A DNA stretch of 64,000 nucleotides from Marsupella aquatica (lineage: Eukaryota; Plantae; Marchantiophyta). The stretch's first letter is position 1. Every line of letters starts with the position of its first letter. Shown here piece after piece: positions 1-13,944 of the stretch. The translations under genes were made by a program, and so were the position numbers. The notes under the pieces were generated by a model. That model ran no database searches. It had not been told where the DNA came from and saw only the letters and a list, made by a program, of their open reading frames with translations. Location of the stretch: assembly GCA_973895155.1 (NCBI GenBank), contig OZ316894.1, forward strand, positions 16,174,699 to 16,238,698, written 5' to 3'.

Positions 1-159
1 TAGTTCGTACACTTGGAACTCGTTATAAAATCATTATATTACACTCTGCTTCGTACAGGACATAGTACAAACAGTCATCAGACTGCAACGAACAATAACC
101 TGCATTAATTTGAAAGTTCTGAAGGCCGCAAGCATCCAAACACACCAGGAACCTAATGT

Positions 160-1931
160 CTAGTTTCTTATATTTGCTTTCTGACTTTTGAGGGTTTGGG
201 AAATATGTGCAATTAACTGGTCTTTTGATTGTGCTCCTTCCTGATGTCAAACGTGTCAAAGTCAGTCCATGTCTCAGATATATGTGACACCATTTCTAGC
301 TAAGTATGAAATTCTACACAGACAAGAGCAGACGGCCCTGATCTGAAGAGCGCATCATGAGATAATTTGCACAAAATTACAGGCCACACAACAACCTTCC
401 TCAAACCACCAAACATCAATAATGGTCCACAGGATAATATCATATAGTGCTGCTCAAGATCCTATTCGTCGTGCGCACTCCCTTCCTGACCAACATCATA
501 GAGAAATTCGGATTTGATAGAGAATCGAACACAAAGTCACATTTCTCTGACACGTTGGCAACATCTTATGACATGTATCGAAGAGGATAGGGAGCAAGGA
601 ATCATACCAGGTAATTGATGGGTTTCCCATTAACAAAAAGTACAAGTGTGGGTAGCGCATGTATCCGATAGCGGCTTGCCACTTGATGGTACTTCTCCGT
701 GTCTACCTTAACCTACAGTAAGTCACACCCCGTTCGGTGCAAATCGTTAGAATGAAGCCTCTCGTCTGGAATAGCATCAAAGATCCTCAGATTGGATACT
801 AAAGTTGGCACCTCGAAACCTATTAGACTGCAAAATCCATGTGTACCTACCAAGACTCAGCTGTTGTGAACGCTGTGCAGGTTCTTAAGATGTATTCAAC
901 CACTGAAGGAGTTCATGACTACAGCCTCTCAAAAACGAATCACACCTAAGGCCTCAATAATAACCGGTCACTACAACACGGGTTTGAATAGACAAATGAG
1001 ACTTACGACAATGATCTGGTCTTTTAAATCAGCACCAACTTCGTTGAGAATAGAAGTCATTAATTGACATGGGCCACACCTGAATTGAGAATCCAATAGA
1101 GTCATAAATAAAGTTTATATTACAATTTGCAACTGTCAACAGTCTTCAACAGACACGGATGTCTGCGGTGTACACCCAATAATCTCCCAGGTCGCAAGAA
1201 CAAGACACATAAGACCTGGCCCGCTCAAAGACATGCAAACAGAAACCCTACACGTTTTACTTCGAAGTATCAATTAAACCATGGCAAAGTTTCATCTGAA
1301 GGCGAAATTGGGACTTGAGAAAGGTGCCACATAAAAATTAAGCGGTCTTAAAGCCTTGCATGAATCACAGCTCATGCTCGACATCTAGACTATTCGGGAC
1401 ACGCATGAATATACAGCCTAAAAGACGATGTAACATTTCAATGATGAGCAGATCATGACAAAAGTCAGATTCGTGTTCAGGCTAATAAATCCAGATAATT
1501 AAATATCGAGAGGAGCCAAACATCCCCGGCGGTTAATTTAGGGCTTACCAAGTTGCATAGAAGTCGACTAGGACAGGAACATCAGAATTACTGATCATGT
1601 CATCAAAAGATTTGAACGTCTTCTTCGATGCATGTATCTGCATCGCATCACAAAACCCATTACTTCAAAACCCAATCCAGTAAAGAACCTTCCCAGTCTG
1701 CCACAATCGCAGACACACAGAAAGAAAGACAAGGTTCCAAACCTTCGAAGTCGGCGCGCTCCGTTGTCTCACAGCACTATGCAGGCCACCGAAGGTAGCA
1801 GAAGGAAGGACGCCACTCTTCGTCGGAAGACTTGTAGTACTCAAGTATGGAGATGAACAAGCAGCCAACGAAAAGAACGGTGCAGCGGTCGTGGAGCGGG
1901 TCAATTGTAGTCTGAGAGCTAGGCCCTCCAT
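160..1931 (-). CDS. TRXy: Plastid thioredoxin y-type, 5 exons (1931-1743, 1637-1549, 1079-1007, 712-608, 240-160), 178 aa
   Basis: Hand-spliced through GT-AG introns with consistent phases: transit-peptide-like MEGLAL...; KKTFKSFDDMISNSDVPVLVDFYATWCGPCQLMTSILNEVGADLKDQIIVVKVDTEKYHQVASRYRIHALPTLVLFVNGKPINYLEG. WCGPC active site plus VKxDTEKY are typical of Trx y. Confidence 0.93.
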
Positions 1932-3300
1932 TGAAATTGATCTCAGTCTCCAAGCGTACAACAGCGAGTTGGAGAAGCGGATTTGTCACAAAGGTCACCG
2001 GACTGCTGGATACTTATTCACAAACTTTGCTGTGGACTCGAAATTTTGCTGTGGAATCGAAATGGCTCTACTACAGTGGCACGTTATCCGTGAGGCAGTA
2101 GACTTGGCTCGCTCCAACCGGCAAACAGGGAACTTCACCTCAAAAAGAAAGATAGAACGAGTGACGGAAAGCGTCGAAAGAGTGACGCCTGCACAGCAAA
2201 TGTCGTTTCTTCATGGTCTTCGCAGGATTTGGCGGTAAAAGCGCGTTACAGTTGTTTACTCTGTACTCTTTGCGGCGACTGTACAAGCCCATTTTAGTTT
2301 GTCATTTTTCTGGTAAGGAGTCCCAATAACCCAGAATCCTTATTTTGCCAAGATGGCCCAATCCGGGTGACATTTCGTTTGTAATATTTTAAAAGAGGTC
2401 AATACCCCAAGTTCATCTTTGAAGATGTTCAAAGAGTCTTCTCTTTTGCCAGAGTGGCCAATGTGTGTGAAGGAGAAGATGCTAAGAACATTTCATTTGG
2501 GTTGGGAAACTGCTAATGGGAAATCAAATTCTCAAAAGTAGCAAATATTTTTCAGTGACTTGCACTTGGGTAAATTTTTATCACTAAAACATGATGTTGG
2601 TCTTTATATATCCCACATTTAAGGAACAAAAACTGGCCAGTTAGAAAAAGGAGAATCCCAAAGACAAGAGACCCAATAAAGGAGGGAGAACATGGGGAAA
2701 ACCCCAAAAGACCCAAGAGCCAAAATGCCACAAATTGCACAAGACAATGGACTTTCATTAGCTCTTTTCTTTTCTTTGTTCCATCCCTCCTGGTGAAGAT
2801 GTTAGAATAGTCCCAATATCCCATTTTTTGTTGATTACAATGTTCAAAGAGTTCCAATAAGACATGTCAAAGCAGCGCCATAACTGAGATACTACCAAGG
2901 CCATAAAATTGTTTTATGGCTAGGAGTAAAGAGTTTAGGGCTACTAAATACAAGCCCCATCAAAATATTAGATATTAGTTTTTTTGGCCCATAGTACTTT
3001 GCTTAGGCCACTCCCTGATATACCCCATTTTTGTTTGTCATATGTTCAAAGAGTCAGTACTACCCCATTTTCGTTTACCCATTACATAATCTGTTCGGGC
3101 CACTGCCAAAAATTGTTGATCCGCCGCCAATCTCAGCGTTTCTGACGGTCACCAAAAGATTGTCAAAATAATCGACGCTGATAGTAGATCCCCATGCTTG
3201 CTTCTGGACGTTGATCTTGACAGTCACTTCTTAACCTCTGTACTCATGCGCTTTATTGAAAAACGGGGTATTGCCAGGATCAGGGCGAGACAGTGCTTAT

Positions 3301-3479
3301 CTTCCCTGCCAGAAGTAGAACCCCTGTTTGGCAATTTCGAGATCACAGCCATAAAACCTGTGGGGAAGTAGGGGCCCAGTTTTGGCAATCTTCCCTGCCA
3401 GAAGTAGGGCCCCTGTTTTGGCAATATAGAGGTCACAGCCCAAAAACCTGTGCGGAAGTTGGAGCCCGGTTTTGGCAAA
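3301..3479. repeat. Two ~89-bp tandem units within a degenerate repeat/TE remnant
   Basis: cttccctgccagaagtag...cacagcc..aaaacctgtg.ggaagt...ttttggcaa at 3301 and 3390. Confidence 0.7.
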
Positions 3480-5563
3480 TTTGAAGTCATGCGCCAATGG
3501 TTATCTAAAAATTTATTGAAATATTCACTTCACAACTAAATTTGTGTAATAAAAGCATGACTGTCTTACTCTCCCAAACAGCCCAAGAAACGGTGGGGAT
3601 GCTCTTGTAGGTGCCCGGTCTTGGTTTGGCATGGAATGGGACCTGATCTAAGTTATTTAAAATTTTAAGTTGTGAATTTCACAGATTCCACCTCTGTAAC
3701 AAGTCTTGGCCAAAAACCTGTGGGGATGCTCTTCTGGTGCCCTCTTGACTTGGCGTGGTATCGGAACCTGATCAGAACTTTTTTTAGGTGGCAAAATTAG
3801 GTCTGGATCGGGACCTGATCAGAATTCTTCTTTGGTGGTGAAAAGGCCACTTACCACCTACCCACCTACCCATTAACCAAATTCTGACACTTATCCTTGA
3901 CACTTATCAAAACTGGGGGTCAGAAATTAATTTAATAAAATTATGTAAGTAAAACTCTTCGCGTCGTCTCCTTCACAAGAGTCGACATTTAACCTTCCTG
4001 GCTAAAAACATTAATCTGAGGTGACATTCGCCACCCTGGCCAAACAAATTAAATCTGCTATGACATTCGCCACCCTGGCCAAAGGATAAACCCTTAAAAA
4101 TTAGGCTGGACCCGATTACTCCTCGCTAGTCTACTGGACACAAAGCTTCCTCTTGCTCCCACAGCGTCTGCCAGAAAAGCGCCCTGCCCTGAGATCCAAT
4201 CCACCGCATGCTGCTACTCGTTCTCGCACCGGGTATGCCAGAAAAGCACCCTGCCCCGGAGAACAATCCACCGCATTTGACTGATCATTGAGTAATGCAA
4301 AAAGGGCATGCCTATCCCCAGGATCCAATTTAGACCACTACGAACGGCTGCTTTATGAGCACAGAACCCCATGTGGAAGCAGTGCAAAGTGGCTCTCTAG
4401 ACCTGAAGTGAATCCCAAGGAGCACGGAGCATCTACGACTGTCACTAGGGCCCTTTCCCAAGGAGCATCATTCTGGTCGCACCCAGAGACCATAGCAGGG
4501 GTAGGCCTGGAGGGCGAAGAAAGTCGACCACACATATTGGGCGTGTTGGTGTCTATATCCTTCCTCCCTACGCATGAACGGGCCTTTCCATTAAACGAGT
4601 TTGTTGCCATTCACGATGGGCCCGATGGCGCAAACGACATGTTCAGGAGGAACTTACATTCGACATTTCAAATGAAATCAGGAAAGGTGGAATCATGCGG
4701 AGTTCGAGGTTCGCAGTAGAGGAGGGGCTTGCATCGTGGATCATTGCTGCACACAGACCTGTATGCCCACGAGGGCCAGTTCTTCCGAAAGCTGTTGTCA
4801 GTGTCAAGTCAGAGGATTATCCTAATGACATCCTGATATGCAATTTCCAGTAGTATTTGCTCTCCATTCGATACCAAGGGCTCTGGTTAAGGCAACAACC
4901 TCCACTTGCCACAGAGATATCATACAGAGATTCGACGTAAATGTCAGTAGGGGGTGTCAAATTTTCACAGTCGTGCGCTCCTCCTGGATGCCCACTTGAA
5001 GCAGCTGAGACAGACAGGGCTACCACTACAGGTATCCTAGTTGTCTTACTCCCTTGCAAGTCCCTCTTTTCCCGGCCACTTTGCAAGACTCCCAGGGCCA
5101 ACGCTTAGTCTGTTACAGCAGCACCTCAGAATACTGAGACACCGACGGTTCAAAGCCCCACCCGGGCCACATGCACGCGGGACGCGCCGCCCACGCTGAT
5201 TATCAGACCAATTTGACTCATCTACAACAACACTTCGTGTTCATAATTCGGGGATTCAGAAACTACATGTCTCATTTCGAATCATTTCGAATCGACTCAA
5301 TGCTTCCTTCAAGATCCTTAACACAGATCGAGCGCAGATATTCCAAACCTGACATTGCCATATGCCAATTTACACAAGCAACCATGAAAGTTGCTTTTAC
5401 ATTTTAAGCCAGAACTTTACACCAACCAGGCTTGGCCTTGTTCTTTCTCGGGTGAAAGAAGGGTGCACTCTCACCAACTCTAACGATCAGAATTTACATA
5501 ATACTACTATCCTACATGATGATTTAAGATGACTTTGAGACTCATAAACCTAGGAGTTCTGTG

Positions 5564-8500
5564 CTATCTTTGAAATCTGTTGGACAGACACAGTAGGCGC
5601 TTAATGCCGTCAGTCCACAATTGGTGCTCAGTAACACTCCTACATTCAAACTCTACATCTCCCCTCGTTGTTTTCAGAGCAAAATATCTTCGTTCATCTC
5701 CATTTTCCAGTAATTGTCGTCCAGGCCAAGCAGGAATGTCTGGATACACATGTAGCAGCAGACCTGAAGTATGGAAAGAACTGTCTCAGATCAAAGCCCA
5801 GGAAGTTTGGCGACATCTTTGCTAGTTTGCAACTGTTATGTCTATTTCAAACATCCATCAAAATCTTCCAGCGACTTAGGTGTCTGAAAGCAAACTGTGA
5901 TTCAAGTCAACACATTCCACTCTACCAGGAAGCGAACTTTACAGAAAGGAATTTTGTCTTTCGACCCCATGAATTAGGATTTCAACTCACTTTTTTTATT
6001 CTTCTTCAAGGCTCCACGCATCATCTTACTTTGCAAGTTAAGGACAACCTGCAAATAACGGCGTAAAGAGACGCAGTTAGCTGACAAATTTCTACATAGC
6101 CTACATCAGCACATAGCAATCAATTACAAGCTTACAAAAGACTCAATTTTGAGCAAAGGATGAGCGAGGACACTTTATCGCTTCCAACTGTACAGGCCGT
6201 ACGCAACTTGAAAGATTTCCAACAGACTTCATTTCAGAACCAGGTTCCAGATGAAAACCATCTCCGTCACCAAGCCATTTGGGATCTCGAAATCAGTCCA
6301 CTCATTGCTTGAAGTAAAGAAAATCCCATTCCCACCACCCCTGGAGTGAATTGACTTTTTGAGCTGGGACCAATAATCAAACATGACCCACAGGATGTAG
6401 GTCCAAATTCCTCTTGGCCTCAAAGGGTCTAAAAATAGAGCTGGACAACGTAGGAATGGCAAATAGGCTGGAAAGGATCTCAGTTAACTGGATAGGACCA
6501 GTAGGTCGTTGCATCCGAGAGCCCGAATCGACATCGGACCCAACCTCCAGCCGAATAAAGAAACGCCCGCAGGGCAGTTCTCGGCAATGCTCAGGGAAAG
6601 GAATGAAAGCCCAACATTTCCTCGGCAGAAATGATGCAATGCCACTAGTAAGTTCTTCCAAAGGAGTATCCTCTGAAGACCTTGGGATGGTATAGAGTGC
6701 ATAATCAAGTGAAGTGCTACGATCTTTACGGATACTATCTTATTTTGAGATGCCAGTAAATCATGAAAGTCGGAAATCTTTAGGTCCTTCTATGAAAACT
6801 TCAGAAAGACTTCTTGTCACGGATACCATCTCATTTGAAATGCCAATGAATCATGATAGACGGAAATCTTGTTGGTCCTTTTTTTTAACTTCACAAACAC
6901 TTATTGTCACACAACACGGAAGGCAATGTTCCAAATAAAAAGGAACGCCATCCCTCCATACAAACTATTCTTCATGTGCAAGTTGGTCTAACCGGAAAAC
7001 TGAGAAATTACCTGACCCTTCTTGTTGAGGAATACAAAGACCATCCGCCATTGTACCTCTCCTGAAATAAACCACCGAACAAGAAGACGTGTCACAGCCT
7101 CATCCTCTGAGCCAATAGCGACTGGGAGACACTGGTTCCCCACACATTGACTGAGAACGAAAGATTGCAAAAGACACGGCTTCAATAGAGTACTCACCGT
7201 TCCTTGTACGCTTTAGGAACTCGGTGCCTCTAGCAAGGATCTCTTGGGCGCTGTAATCAATTTCACTATCTCCATCGCAAATGTAATCACCGCTGTAATT
7301 AGCAGTGCTCGACTGACAAGTAATACAGCGATCATTGCTGGGACTCGGACGTAATTCGCTGCTGCGTTCGTACGGCATCACCGTTGCTACGCTGTGGCGC
7401 ACGTCTTTCATTGTCCTTTGCCTTAATGTTGCCGCTCCTCTCAAGGCTGATGATTCCACAAGATAACCAAATCTTTAGATAGTTTCGACTAATAACGCAG
7501 GTATGAAGACACATACAAGATACGGAGTAGCAAGCAGATGATAATAAAGTGACAGACATTGTCTTAGAAGAAGAGAAAGAGGATCAATCTGGTAAAGTAC
7601 CTGTTGCAGCTGAGGCTGTGAGAGTGAGAATGTCCCCCGCGCTTTTCACACTGACCGCAGAGCTTACTATAGCCGCCATCTGTTCGCGATCGGCACCCAT
7701 ATTCTCTGCAACCTCGACACATTGTGCGGCAACCAATGCTGCCGCAGAAGCCATTGCCATTGCCGTTCTTGTGCTCTGCTCGTCCGATGAGTTGGCAGCG
7801 GTAGCCGCCGCAACGGCAGCGATCGCGGCTGCCACGCCGGCCACTGTCACAGCCGCGTGAACTTGGGCCCTGCGTGTCCGATTCATCTCTTTCTTCCTCT
7901 CCTTCATGTCCTTTAGCCATCTCGCCATTGACTTACCCCCTCGTTGTCCCAGGCCAAAACTTTGCCGGGGGGGCAGGAATTGCTGTACAGAAACCACAGC
8001 AAGATTGAGACACTCAGTTCGCAGTAGTCTTCAGTGGTGTATGCACCGGGAGTGGTAACGGTTATTTTTTTCAAGGCTCTGGTTTTCAAGAGCACTATCC
8101 TCTCATCGTTTCAGACTACTCTCGTTGTCTTCCAGAAACATTCCACCGTGTAAAGAACTAGAAAAACCCAGATTTAAGATAAGCCAGGCTTCCAATAACT
8201 CTGCCAAGAGCATCCTGTGAACGACTCGATAGTTGATAAAAGTCAGGAAGTCAAACTTGAACCTACTTCCTGATAGAGTGACTGACTGCTCACGTACCGG
8301 ATTTCCCTGGAGTCCTCGAGGAGAAGTGGGAGGACTTCCGAAGTTGAGGGGACCGCTACTGTGGGACTTCCTTCTTGAAGTAAAAGGCGACAGCTCCTGC
8401 ACAGTCGGACACGAAGAGACGAAGAGATAGTCAGATTCGCATAGAAGTTCTCCAAAGGGCCAAATGGCAACCATGAATCTGCCGGTTGGGGTAGGTAAAG

Positions 8501-9050
8501 CAAGGGACACTTCGCAAAGCAAGTTTCCTTCGGAAGACAACCAGAAAAAGCTCTACTCAGGCAGCAATTACGACCCCGGCCCAAACTTCACATACTGTCA
8601 TTGAACCAGCTTCCAAAACAAGGAACTTACGGTTCCGGAACTCAGTACTCGATCCATCACCAGTTGTGGAGTGACTCCTGAAGCAAATCTGAAAGGTGGT
8701 GTCTCCAGAGCAGAGTCGGGACTACTATGACTAGGCGGCAATGCGGAGGCCTTCCTGATATCGCTAGAAACTGGGGCTAGCGCTCGTTGAACATCCACAG
8801 CTGAGATACTCCATGACCGTGATAGAAACTCCATTGGTTCTTGCGGAGTCTCAGGTGGTGCATATGCAGAGAGCGCAGAATTTGGCATTGGTTGATGCTC
8901 CTCGATGTTCTGCAAACCTGAATGTGAGAAACTATCCCTGGAGCATTCCATAAGGTACCCATCGTCCCTCCTTTCTACGATCCTAGGGTGATTTCCGTGG
9001 CTGTTTAAGTGATGAGGAGTCTGGGAAATGGTGTCTCTGTAGGTTGTCAT
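5564..9050 (-). CDS. FORKED1/VAN3-binding-like protein (DUF828 auxin-canalisation domain plus plant PH-like domain), about 7 exons
   Basis: [20 protein letters not shown]; [22 protein letters not shown]; [21 protein letters not shown]; [23 protein letters not shown]; [24 protein letters not shown]; [10 protein letters not shown]...[15 protein letters not shown]...QLWTDGI. Approximate exons: 9050-8631, 8396-8298, 7983-7601, 7446-7198, 7061-7012, 6047-5990, 5762-5564. Confidence 0.92.
6725..6910. repeat. Intronic ~93-bp imperfect tandem duplication
   Basis: acggata..atct.attt.ga.atgcca.t.aatcatga.ag.cggaaatctt occurs twice. Confidence 0.65.
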
Positions 9051-10269
9051 GCTCCTAACTTCCTCTGGTGCTTGAGTTGAAACCTCAGTTCAAGCCGGCG
9101 AAAAGCTGGAATAGCGATGCTGGAATACTATAATATCCTCTACACCAAGAGGAAAAGAGGGCGGCGTGAGTTCCAAATTGGGATCCCATGAACCTCCCTG
9201 AACGCTAATCTGCCTAAAAGCGGTGGTGGAATTTGTTGCGAAAATCCATAATCTCGAGGCGAGATAAAGAAATCTTCCTTCCCCTGCACTACAGAAACAA
9301 GAATAATAGAATTACAAGTTAGTATTCTTGGAGCTAAGATTATAATTTGTTCAAAAAGACTTCCGTACTCATTCCAACCGGGTGGCGTCTCCGTGGAAAT
9401 CAACCCGAACTGAAAGCTGATAGAAAACAGCTACTGTTCGTGTCGATTTGGAGATGCATAGCGCTAGTCAAGGCACATTATTTGACTGGCGAGAGTGAAC
9501 TAATTACTACCGATCACACGATATGTGGAAACAGTGTCAGAAACACGTACGAAGACAACATAAACAGTGATGTACTGGAAAGCCATCGTTTTAAAGCTCC
9601 AATGCAGCAGACCTGTCTATCGCTTAAAAATACCCACATGAGATGGGAGAGTTGTTCTGCTCACCGCTCCAAGTCCTAAGTCCCGAGTCTGACGCCTTTC
9701 AGGCGCAACACGTTTAACAACCTCGAGAAGACTCGATAACACGAGGAAGCACCAATGCCCTTGCGGTGCATCCTTCCCTTGCCTACAACTGGAACTCGAC
9801 CTCCCAAACACGACGACCGCCATGAGAAGCCTCCATGATGTCTACTATTTGCCTTCTGCTGCTGACCAAGTCATCTTACTAAACCTGCTCCTGAATCTAG
9901 CCAGTAGTCAACAACAACTCCACAAGAAGCTCATCTCATTGCCAGGCAGACTCCATTTGCAATCCGCAAGCACTGTCCTGTTCTTCCTCTTCCCGGGTTA
10001 TCAAAGAGACCTCCGGTATCCCATGTCGAATCGTATGCATCCAAACTTCCCCAGCAGCTTCCGGCCCGCCACTGACGAAGCGCTGCCTGCCTCGGATACG
10101 CAAGGCAGGATGAACTAGTCAAGCGTTCTTTCATGCCCTGCTACTCCCCTGTTCATCCTGCCAGCCCAGCCCGGTAACAGCAGAGCACTCCGTCGACTAT
10201 AGATGAATGCTTAGCTCAAGCGTTTCGTTTAATCTCCATCAACAAAAGAACGTCCTTGAAAAAACAGGG

Positions 10270-10298
10270 CGACCGACGACGACGACGACGACGACGAC
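10270..10298. repeat. (CGA)n microsatellite
   Basis: cgacgacgacgacgacgacgacg run. Confidence 0.9.
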
Positions 10299-11719
10299 GC
10301 CTGTAACGCGCGTCAAAGCGAGCCACAGCTACTGTAGAAACCACAGGGAGCACAGAGAAAATTCAGCAGTACGACGCGATCAAGGAGAATAACTTGCGTG
10401 CCTGCCTGCCTGACTTGCGTTCGCGAGCGCAAGAACAGACCAGGGGGGACAAGCAATGGAAGAATAATCAGCTGATGCAGCAGTCAGTGGTAGATGAGGT
10501 CGTTCCCTGCCCGTGTGAGAGAGGCAAGCACAAGATACCAAAGTGGCGACTCTCAACAGACACACGACGCAACATTATTGCCTTCTCAGTCTCGTCGTGC
10601 GTAGTTGAGATGAGACTCGACCCCGCCTCCTTCTGGGGACTAGACCTATCTATCTATCTGTCTGGACATCCCCCTGCAAATTGCAGCAAGATGACACCGG
10701 ATCGACACTCAGGCTGCCGGCTTTCCTGTCCTCTTACTCAAAAAGAGAGGCCTAGACAGTCAGCCAGCTCGCGCCGACCTCGCGACCCCTCCAGAGCGGT
10801 GCAATGTGATCCCACCATCCCCCCATCTCCCCCTCCTCTCCCCGGACCCCCCACTCCTGTTGCGACAAGAGGTAAAAGCTACAGTAGCTGCAACATACCG
10901 CAACTCCATTTCAACCAGCCAAGTCCACCATAATTCTGTTCCGCCACGAGGAAAAGCTACAGTCCAACACAACGCAGCTCCATTTCAATCGACTCTACCG
11001 AAGTCCCACGACCGAACCCACCTCCACAATCATGTCCCGCCAAGAGGGAAAAGCTACAGAGGTAAGTACAACACACTCCGCAACTTCAATCAGCTTTACT
11101 CCATTAATTCCAACCAGAATCGACCAATGACCAAAGTGGCAAAGTGTGGCAGTCCACCAGACCGCATTCCACCAGCCCAGTCCCACCACCATCCGTCCAT
11201 CCATATCCTCCGCCAGTAAGCTCGCGCAACAGGTAGAGCAGTGCCGGAGCAGCAGCAGCAGTACTACCGGTCTACCGCTGTGGTCTACTCTACACTGCGA
11301 GCAATGCTGGCTGCTGCGAGTACTGTATATTATAAAATAATAATATGTGGGTCTCGAGTACCGTGCCGACTCTGACAGAGATCGACAGAAACAGTGGCGA
11401 AGTGGAGATTGATCGACTGGATTGCTTCGGTTGTGTGGTGCGCGGTGAAGCCCCTCGTCATCCGCCCCTCCGTCCCGTCGCCAGCGCAGGTAATCCGGCC
11501 CCGGCGAGTTGCCCGACAGCCCATGTTCTTCGTATACGGATGCAGGCAATACGACGCCATGTGAGGATGATCCGATTTCATGGGCCGCTGGCTCGCAGGT
11601 GATACGATTGTTTTGTTTTTCGGTGTGCTCTAATAATAAAGTGCCTCAGCCCTCAGATAGTCAGATTTGACCCGCCGCTTATTAATTACAGTAAGGACCG
11701 ATAAGCGGCTGCTTTCTTT

Positions 11720-13760
11720 CTTTAGGAAGGAGAGTATCCCCATACGACCATACCCCACGCGTGAGTCATGACTTCGGATGAGACGCTTTTCAGATCCCTA
11801 TAGCTATATTATTGCTGCTTTTCGAATTTCTGTTGTGTAAATTCTATGCTCTTGTTTTATAAGGAAACTGTGTTGGAAAGGATGAAGAGTATCTCTACAG
11901 TAGGCCCACACTTGCGTTATTACTTCGGATGAGACACTTTGAAGATCCTGGTTGGAATTTCTGTTTCTGAAATTAGAGTTGTACTTGATGTAGACAAATC
12001 TAGGTGACTGATATTTTGGCAGGATCTAGGGTGAGTTGATCCTTATTTTACTCAAGATTCAAATACGGAGAGCAACACCATGGACAAATTTGGGGGGCTG
12101 CTGTTTTGGCAGTAAATAGGGTGAGTTGAGCCTTGTTTTACTCAAGATTCAAATAGGGACAGAAACACCCCCATAAGGGTTTTGGGATGTGTTTTGCTCT
12201 AAGTCACCATTGGAGTAGAATGAGACAACCAAAATGAGACAACTTGTTTTCAGCTTTAGTCACCAGCTGTTCCATTGGAGCATAATGAGACAACTTGTGT
12301 TCACTAATAGTCTAATGGCAGTCTTGCATGAGATGGTCCTGAAAAAATTGGCCCAAGTAAAATGATGGCATGCCTCAACGCCCTCCTGAGTACCTCAAAT
12401 AAGGACTTTCAAGGACAAGGGCCGGAAAGTTTCTGGCCCTTAAATGTCCCGACCTTTCACTTTGGAATGAGACTGAAGGAACCTCATTTTGCTCCAACAA
12501 GCCCTCCAGACTGCATGCCCTCTAAACTCTGGAAATGAGGAGACACCCTCACACTTTCTGAAGAGAACAAGTAGCATCAACTGATTTTGTGGAAAATCAA
12601 ATTTCACCTTTTTACGGATAACTTAGGAGTGCGAAGGGCCAAAAAAGAGAACGGCCGTAGCACATGCAAGACTGCTCTAAGTCACTGGTAGCTCTGCTGG
12701 ATAAGAATGAGACAACCAGAATAAGAAAACTTGTGTTTTGCTCTAAGTCACCTTAAGTTCTTCTGGAACAGAATGAGACAAACAAAATGAAACAACTTTG
12801 AGTTCATAGCCCTGATGCACTACCATAACCAGAGTTTCATGCATTGATCTATCATGTAGTGTGACAATCTATGGTTACTTGTTTTTTTGGAACAAACTAT
12901 GATCATCATTCATTTCATCCTGTTCTTTTGAATAGGACTCTATTCTAGGTTTTGTTGTTTTAAGGAAGAAAGGAAGAAGAGTATCTCAACACTTTTAATT
13001 AAGACACTTTTAAGACTTTACAGTAAATCCCTGCTCTAATTTCTGTTTGTAAATTCTATGAGTCTTTCTCTTACAATGAAACTGCCTTTGAAAGGAAGAA
13101 AGTATCTCCACACCCCAAAGTGAAGTTATAACTTAGGATGAGACATTTTCCTTGAAATGGTTTTAATTTTATAAAATTTTAACCATGAAAACCCCACGGG
13201 AAGGGGGGAAACACACAGCCCAACCGAAAGGCCCTCAAAAGAAGAATCCCCAGGGGGAAAGGATGAGACACTTTCAAGATCTTTATAGTAAATCCCTGTC
13301 CTATTTCTGTTTGTAATTCTATGTTTTCTTTCCAAGGAAACTGCCTTTGATAGGAAGAAGAGTGGTATCATCTACACCACAAACTTGGGCCATGACTTCA
13401 GATGAGAAACTTTCAAGATCTTTATAGTAAATAAATCTCTGCTCGGATTTCTATTTGGAAATTCCGTACTTTGCTTTGCAAGGGAGACTGAACAAGCTAC
13501 TCAGGTAGGTTATGTATTTTTAACAATTCTTACAGCTATCACAACTGTCACAGAATCATATTACATCTAGCAGAATCTGGAGCACGAGTGGCTCTGCAGG
13601 ATTGAACTTCAATTCTGTTCTTTTTGTCTTTAGGACACTTTTAAGTTCTTTAGAGTAAATGAACTTGAGTTCTCTTTTCTCTGTTAGACACTTAAGTTCT
13701 AACAGATAAACAATCCCTGTTCAAATTTCTGTTTATGAATTCTAGGTTTTTTTATCTACA
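11720..13760. repeat. Degenerate ~150-bp repeat array interrupted by an insertion (~12000-12950) rich in aatgagacaac motifs
   Basis: Recurring gatgagacactttcaagatc.ttatagtaaatccctg...atttctgtttgtaaattctatg...gaaactgcctttgaaaggaagaa units at ~11780, 11930, 13000, 13260, 13400 and 13700; aatgagacaa repeated about 5 times in 12219-12790. Confidence 0.6.
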
Positions 13761-13944
13761 ACGGGAAAGCAGCCAGAAGCCAAGAAGGCACTCTATTCAC
13801 AGGCAAAGGGGGTTCTATAAGCAACAAGGCAGCCTCACTTTTTCTGGACATTAATTTGGAAAACTTCTGGCAGGGTGTCAATGCTCTCTCTGTGGTTAGA
13901 TGTCAAAAGGAACACCCTCATACTTTTCACTTTTTAAAATTATT

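Noticed and set aside
6200-6700. Overlapping short ORFs within the FORKED-like intron
   Set aside because: No coherent protein motif; probably a decayed insertion.
10394-11602. Several 130-180 aa ORFs on both strands
   Set aside because: Low-complexity, GC-rich, no recognisable domain or splice pattern; likely spurious.
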